Shown: in pieces, positions 59,191 to 64,000 of the stretch
Layout: the number at the start of each line of letters is the position of its first letter
Numbering within the stretch: the first letter of the stretch is position 1
Assembly: GCA_002633005.1 (NCBI GenBank)
Contig: NMRA01000074.1
Coordinates: forward strand, 501,425-565,424
Length of the DNA stretch: 64,000 bases
Direction: 5' to 3'
Source: Phoronis australis
Taxonomy: Eukaryota > Animalia > Phoronida
Made by a program: the position numbers and the translations under genes
The notes under the pieces: generated by a model
The model's database searches: none
Seen by the model: only the letters and a program-made list of their open reading frames with translations
What the model was told of the DNA's origin: nothing

Positions 59191-61456
59191 AGCTAAGCAA
59201 TCATGTGTAATCTTCTTAAAGTTACTTAGACATAATTGTTTTCAGGGACTGAAATTTTCCTTTAGGCCAAATGTAACTTTTTTCGTAAAATACTGTGATA
59301 TGATTTTAACACTCAAAAATGTCTTGTTGAGAAACGTTTGGCGTATAGAGAGTTATTGGTTGTCGAAAGTGGTTCTACGAGTGGAGCTGAAAAAATATCA
59401 GAGGCCAAACTATCCTGAGCAACAACCCAGGCCCATCGGTCGATGCTTACAAAGAACGATCAGTGTAATTGTCGGGTTTGTTGACCAATTTTGTTGAACA
59501 TCGCTGATTGTATAGAATGGTACCTCAAGAGTCTCGCTTGATGAACAATAATACAAAACGAAAATGAAACAATGACATTAATCTTGAATCGATAACTACA
59601 ACTCTCGATCAAAACTCAGACGAGTAGGCAGCTGGAAATTCTCAGTGCAAACGTTCGCGGCTGTAGTCTAGGGGTCGCAAACCCTAACAATTCTTAGGTC
59701 ACGTGCGGGAGTTGGCCTTCCAGGACGAGAGTTCTATGATATGCATTGTCAGAATTGGAGGCCTATGACAAGAATTAAACTCCAGGGGCGGATCCAGGAT
59801 TTTGAGTTGGGAGGGGGGGGTGGCAGGGCGCAGGAATAACCAGAATTTCGCCTCATGCACGCGTCCAGTCTAAAATATAGGGCTGTAAGGGGTCTCGAAT
59901 TTTTGGGTTTGTGTGCCTTATTACTAAAAAACGGAGGCCTATGAATTGTGTATCCGCCCCCCGAGCCCCCTTTCTGTGCGCGCATATGCTTGTCACAAAT
60001 TCGCACCCCGAACTGCCAAATGGAATCCGTAAGAGTTTTAGGGGGTGCCATGGCCCCGTTGCCCCCCCTAAATCCGCCGCTGAATTCTGTTCCAGTGATT
60101 CGAGCACGGGTGACGAAAAGGATGCCTCACAAACCCCTGTACTGGCCGAATTATGTAACATTGTGACATTACGATTTGGTGAAAGTTGAGGAATGCCCTT
60201 GAGATTTGTGACTGGTATAAAAACTGACTAAATCGATGCAACTCACACATTTCTGTGCTCTCAAGATAAAACAGCACCAAACACAAAAGCAGAATACATG
60301 TAGTTTCTGTTTGAGCGATTCCGACTCATTCAACAGGGTTGCACTCCGCAGACACAAAATACTTAAGAGTTCGGGTACAAAACTATGCGAAATCACGGAA
60401 ATGAAAGGTGAATATTTCACAAATAAACGTGCAGCCTTAATGTCGTACTACACAGGCAAAATGGCAGCCACAGAAGCGATTATTTGGTGACAACGACTGT
60501 TGAATTTATACCAAATCATCAGCTTGACATGGCCAATACAACCACTGTTGAATAACCCATTTCATACCGTGCATGTGAAAATACGGGTGTTGCATATGTT
60601 ACGTTATGAACTGTGAAATAGGGGAAAGTAGAGCCAATTCTTATACAACAGCAGAGGCTCCTCGGCTCCGTCGGGCTATAATTCTCCAAAACCCACTCGG
60701 GCTTGAGGTTACGGGACAACGACTTTGCCATGCACGTAATTATCGATATAAAATGCATTGTTTCCGTTCCAAGATTTCTTATTGCCACAAACAACTCGTG
60801 GCTGTGACGCGTTTACGAAACCCGGCACCCAGGGCCACGCTCTTTGCAACAGAATCCGAATTGGAGCCTGCGCACTGAGGTCTACATTCGGAATACATGA
60901 ACAAATAAGTGCATCATCATTGAAAAGTGCTACTCCTCCAGATAAAGCACAGTGAAAACGCGCAGGATTACTAGTACAAAGCTAGAGATTAGGACACAGA
61001 CGTAGTCAAAGATTAGGCCTACTGTCTGGACAAACGTAGGCTAGTACACACAACGGACCAACATTGAAACAACACCTTTGGGTTGTGCTGTACTTATTAT
61101 TTTACCCCTGGTTTAGGCGTTGGGTTCATTACACGTTCCAACGCACCGCAACATGAGCTAGTGGGTGGACGTTGAGCTCTGAGAGCATCTTTTAAAAAGC
61201 AATCTAAGGTGAAATCTAATTCTCATCACATTCTGCTCAAGGTTTTCGAACCACTCATAAACTATATTGTAGGTAGCACTGGGACCGTAATTTCCAAATT
61301 ATCACTAGTTTTGTCCTACCTCGCAGTTGATTCCTCTGAAGTTTGATGGACAAGTACATGCATAACTGTTCTCCTTGTCCAAGCAGTGTCCGCCATTGAA
61401 GCACGGTTTACTTGAGCACTCGTTTACTTGCATTTCGCAGTGTACTCCGTTATATC
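47839..61456 (-). CDS. multi-EGF (Notch/fibropellin-type repeats) single-pass membrane protein, at least 2,040 aa and 42 EGF, 5' end not found in window; exons 61456-61320,58718-54473,54028-53906,53411-53237,52781-52615,52337-51648,51502-51359,50268-50154,49379-49262,48057-47839
   Basis: All junctions GT-AG and phase-compatible; split EGF domains rejoin across introns; TM VIAIVVGLSIFIIIIGLIIFCAM; no LNR/ANK/LamG/DSL/VWC in the visible part. Confidence 0.82.
49262..49379 (-). CDS. multi-EGF gene cytoplasmic exon
   Basis: tgtctccag|G CAA; phase 2-0; QEIANTFKPKPITLLSG..STRQ. Confidence 0.72.
50154..50268 (-). CDS. multi-EGF gene transmembrane exon
   Basis: gatgcag| ... AG|gtaaat; EQISSGGLTANREGVIAIVVGLSIFIIIIGLIIFCAMNR. 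Confidence 0.85.
50641..51227 (-). mobile_element. probable solo LTR
   Basis: TGTCA...TGACA termini, minus-strand TATAAATA (~50979-50986) followed by a GAGTT-rich R-like tract; no matching TSD found. Confidence 0.45.
51359..51502 (-). CDS. multi-EGF gene exon (membrane-proximal EGF)
   Basis: GVNCEIESNPCASNPCKGGGTC..GKNCE; phase 1-1. Confidence 0.88.
51648..52337 (-). CDS. multi-EGF gene exon (4 EGF, two with long inserts)
   Basis: 690 nt, phase 1-1; within ORF 51622-52380. Confidence 0.88.
52615..52781 (-). CDS. multi-EGF gene exon
   Basis: CVDGHLRFKCNC..NECNVRPCFNGGVC; phase 2-1. Confidence 0.88.
53237..53411 (-). CDS. multi-EGF gene exon
   Basis: GVLCQNKPNSCASSPCKHGTC..DDCVSNPCANGG; phase 1-2. 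Confidence 0.88.
53906..54028 (-). CDS. multi-EGF gene exon
   Basis: [25 protein letters not shown]..FSG; phase 1-1. Confidence 0.88.
54166..54421. mobile_element. MITE-like element
   Basis: catgtgcgcaccc pairs imperfectly with gtgtgggcgcatg; flanks aaatc/aaata. Confidence 0.5.
54473..58718 (-). CDS. multi-EGF gene giant exon (4,246 nt, ~32 EGF repeats)
   Basis: 1,463-aa ORF; ccattccag|ATA acceptor and G|gtaagt donor. Confidence 0.93.
59115..59188. repeat. (AC)37 microsatellite
   Basis: Perfect dinucleotide run. Confidence 0.95.
59783..60082 (+). mobile_element. MITE (CAGGGGCGGAT... TIR family)
   Basis: caggggcggatcc pairs with aaatccgccgctg; flanks aactc/aattc; second copy at 15716. Confidence 0.7.
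60505..60750. mobile_element. degraded short copy of the 28738-29608 hairpin element family
   Basis: tttatacca..atacaacc..aataacccat and tcgggc.ataattctccaaaa..cactcgggct..gactt.gccatg match both ends of the 28.7-kb element. Confidence 0.6.
61320..61456 (-). CDS. multi-EGF gene exon (most 5' exon found)
   Basis: tcgcacag| GYNGVHCEMQVNECSSKPCFNGGHC..GINCE |gtagga; phase 1-0, joins the giant exon. Confidence 0.85.
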
Positions 61457-64000
61457 CTGTGCGAGAATTTTTATAATTAGCACCATTGGCCCTTTAGCGA
61501 CACCTCATGCGTACGCTTGTAACAAAAATGTGACAAGACAGAGTAAATGCAGTGGTTGAACGACTGCCAAAACGAGCCACTTCTGTAAAGGTTCGAATGA
61601 TTGCTGTCGTTGAGAACAGTTTATTTCAACTTTCAAGGAACAAAAGCATATTGAGTTGGGATTTAACGACTGTTTTCAGCAAAAATCATAATACGTTCTC
61701 ATTGTCTTTACTGGCTATTTGAGCGACACAATTTCCTTAACACATATTGTGAACAGTATTTCATTTGCAATTAACTGAACTCAGTTGGCAGCTTCTCCTA
61801 CGCCGGGAAAGTCAGGTCATGCATCAGTTGTAAGTTAATACAGTAAGTGTACCAAGTCCATGCATATAGAAAAGAAAACAAAAAGTCAAGAATACTGGCT
61901 CGTGAAGTAATATGACAATACAAAATACAATAGCCCGATAATTCGTCTCGCTCAGCAGATCTCCTGGCAGAATCCGTTGAACGATAATGACCGAACTGAG
62001 CTGGAGCTCGATCAAGAACAGAATGATTACATGCACCCGGCGTGTAATAATTTATCAACTGAAGCAGTGCAAAACGCAGGAAAATACAGTGTCCTACGGA
62101 CTGATTATAAATTACGAAATATAATAATAAGCTGTTTGCCCTGGTCTCACACCCGGCCTCTGTTAGCATTAGCGTGTGGGGAATCTACCTAACATTTGAT
62201 TCTCCATTGGTCAATACAATTTAGGTGAACCCAAAAAGCGCGCTTTTGCAACCTTGACCAACGCAATAGAGATGATAACTGCAAGCTCTGATCATCTTTC
62301 TCACACAATGTTACATTTTGTTTCAGTTACGGTACAACTTTACTTCTATTTTCGAATCTCATAAAGGTTGCCCGCAGAGAAACACCATGCAATTGAAATG
62401 TTGGGCACTGGACATTTGAATATTTGTCCCAAAATTACAGAAAATAAGCGAAATAAAAAAATTGAAATGCTGAAAAACGTTTACAAATCAGATTGCAGCT
62501 AAGTTGCCCTTCGACACAGCGCCACCTATACTGAACAGAGGTCCTGCGGAAACATGATGAACGACACAGGGAAATCCGTGGACATCAAAGCGCATGTCTA
62601 GATCGGAAGTATAACGATCACAACGCCACCACTTGCACAAGCCTTTATGCACTGTACTTGTTTGAGCTTAAGTCACTGGATCGGTGTTCCCTTGATTTTG
62701 TTTACTTCGATCGTTTTAATAAATTGCAACTATTCTAGTTGAAGGTGGTCGCCATATTACATATAACAGTAAACTGAACGGGAGTCTCCCACATTTCAAC
62801 CAATGGAAATTACTGAGTGTTATGACATTAAGTTTCATTATTTTAACCGATGAGAAGCTAAACGAAATTCCACAGTGCTACCTTTCGTAGAGTGTTTGGA
62901 AAGAATGTACAGCTAAGTATGACTAAATGGCCTGGTTTTCAAATACTAGGCTCGGTACCCATTGTTAATGAAGGCTGGGTACGAGACGAATTAATACACA
63001 ACGTGTCATTAATATTTCCACGTTTTGCAATTCTGTTCAGTAGAGTGTAATACACGATCGAGATCCTATACAACATTGTTGTGGTGAAACCTCCGATTAA
63101 TAGATTATCGCTGATGTCCCAAGCCAGCCGCAGTGCTAGAATGTTGTATTGTATGAATTAGTATTTTATGTTACTCGAATCTGACACCAGAATTATTGAC
63201 TTTCTTTACCTTTCAAACCAAACTGAACTTGTGAAATCGTCTTACAAGTGTGCACCGTTGCAATATCTGACTACCACCAATGGGGCTATTCGGAGAATTC
63301 TCCTCCCGGTGTCGCTGCTGTACTAGTGGTGATAGAATTGCGCATGCGTGGCTGTTTGCATGTAAACAACTGGTAAAAGATGGAATTTTTATCAAAATAC
63401 GTCGTCGCGCTAACCCTTATTAATGCTAATTTCCCTGGTGCAAGTCTTCGACAGGTGGCCACAAATTCCCAAAAGACCTAAGTTTACTATATTCGTGGAC
63501 AATTGCGGTCAACATGCAGGGTCAACTAACTGACAAAAAGTGTGTGGATGCTGAAGCCCCGTGTGTGCTCTATGTCTATGACTATGCAGTTCCATTCGGA
63601 GACTACACAGCATTACTCGGTAAGTTTTTAGCAATCAGTTTCTATCAACATCGTTCGGTGATGTTGTCCCCACCAGTTACCCCACTGAATAACAGTTTTA
63701 TTGAGTCGAACTAAGTGTTTCTTTTTGGAAACTCACCCGATGCCGGGTAGGCTAGCAGCACATATTCATATTGTTCTGGGTGGGAGTGCTCCCAAAATAA
63801 GAGGTGTATGGTACGTGATGCACAGAAGTCAAGAGTGACTTTTTCACAGCAGTTTCTCTTCAAAACTATGCTGTTTCCAATAAAATTCTCTAGATGAGTG
63901 AGTTTCCTTATTTTATCGTGGACCCCACCCCCAGGACCACCAGCTCAGTTATCGAATTAACATGAATAAGCCTTAATTCAGTAAATGTCGTAACATTGCA

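Noticed and set aside
47839-61456. Notch, Crumbs, Delta/Serrate, eyes shut or fibropellin assignment
   Set aside because: No LNR/ANK, LamG, VWC or avidin domain between the EGFs and the TM or in the tail; only generic EGF similarity.

Overview
Intron-rich animal genomic DNA (bilaterian invertebrate, AT-rich); no prokaryotic features, CRISPR array or rRNA. I reconstructed three genes by reading GT-AG splice sites and phases. (1) 1-9181 (+): the 3' part of a Neurexin-IV/CASPR2-like gene (LamG-EGF-LamG-TM-4.1 motif-KKEWYI), with a candidate 12-nt microexon inside a cluster of CTCF-like motifs. (2) 17028-46747 (+): an apparently complete secreted protein of about 2,626 aa built only from symmetric phase 1-1 exons: signal peptide, 13 variant chitin-binding (CBM14-like) modules, 5 SUEL/rhamnose-binding lectin domains and 18 intact TSP1 repeats. 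Two dead TSP1 exons and one CBM14 relic sit inside the array. This rhamnospondin-like exon array, showing birth-and-death evolution, is the most interesting object here. (3) 47839 to at least 61456 (-): a type I membrane protein with at least 42 EGF repeats, a 4.2-kb exon, several polybasic convertase-like sites and two EGF domains with long basic loop insertions; its 5' end was not found in the window. Introns hold a truncated L1/Tx1 LINE with TSD, a hairpin-ended element with a tRNA-like segment, MITEs and a probable solo LTR. Three duplications flanking single Ns are most likely assembly/haplotype artefacts. All calls come from manual reading; no database search was run.
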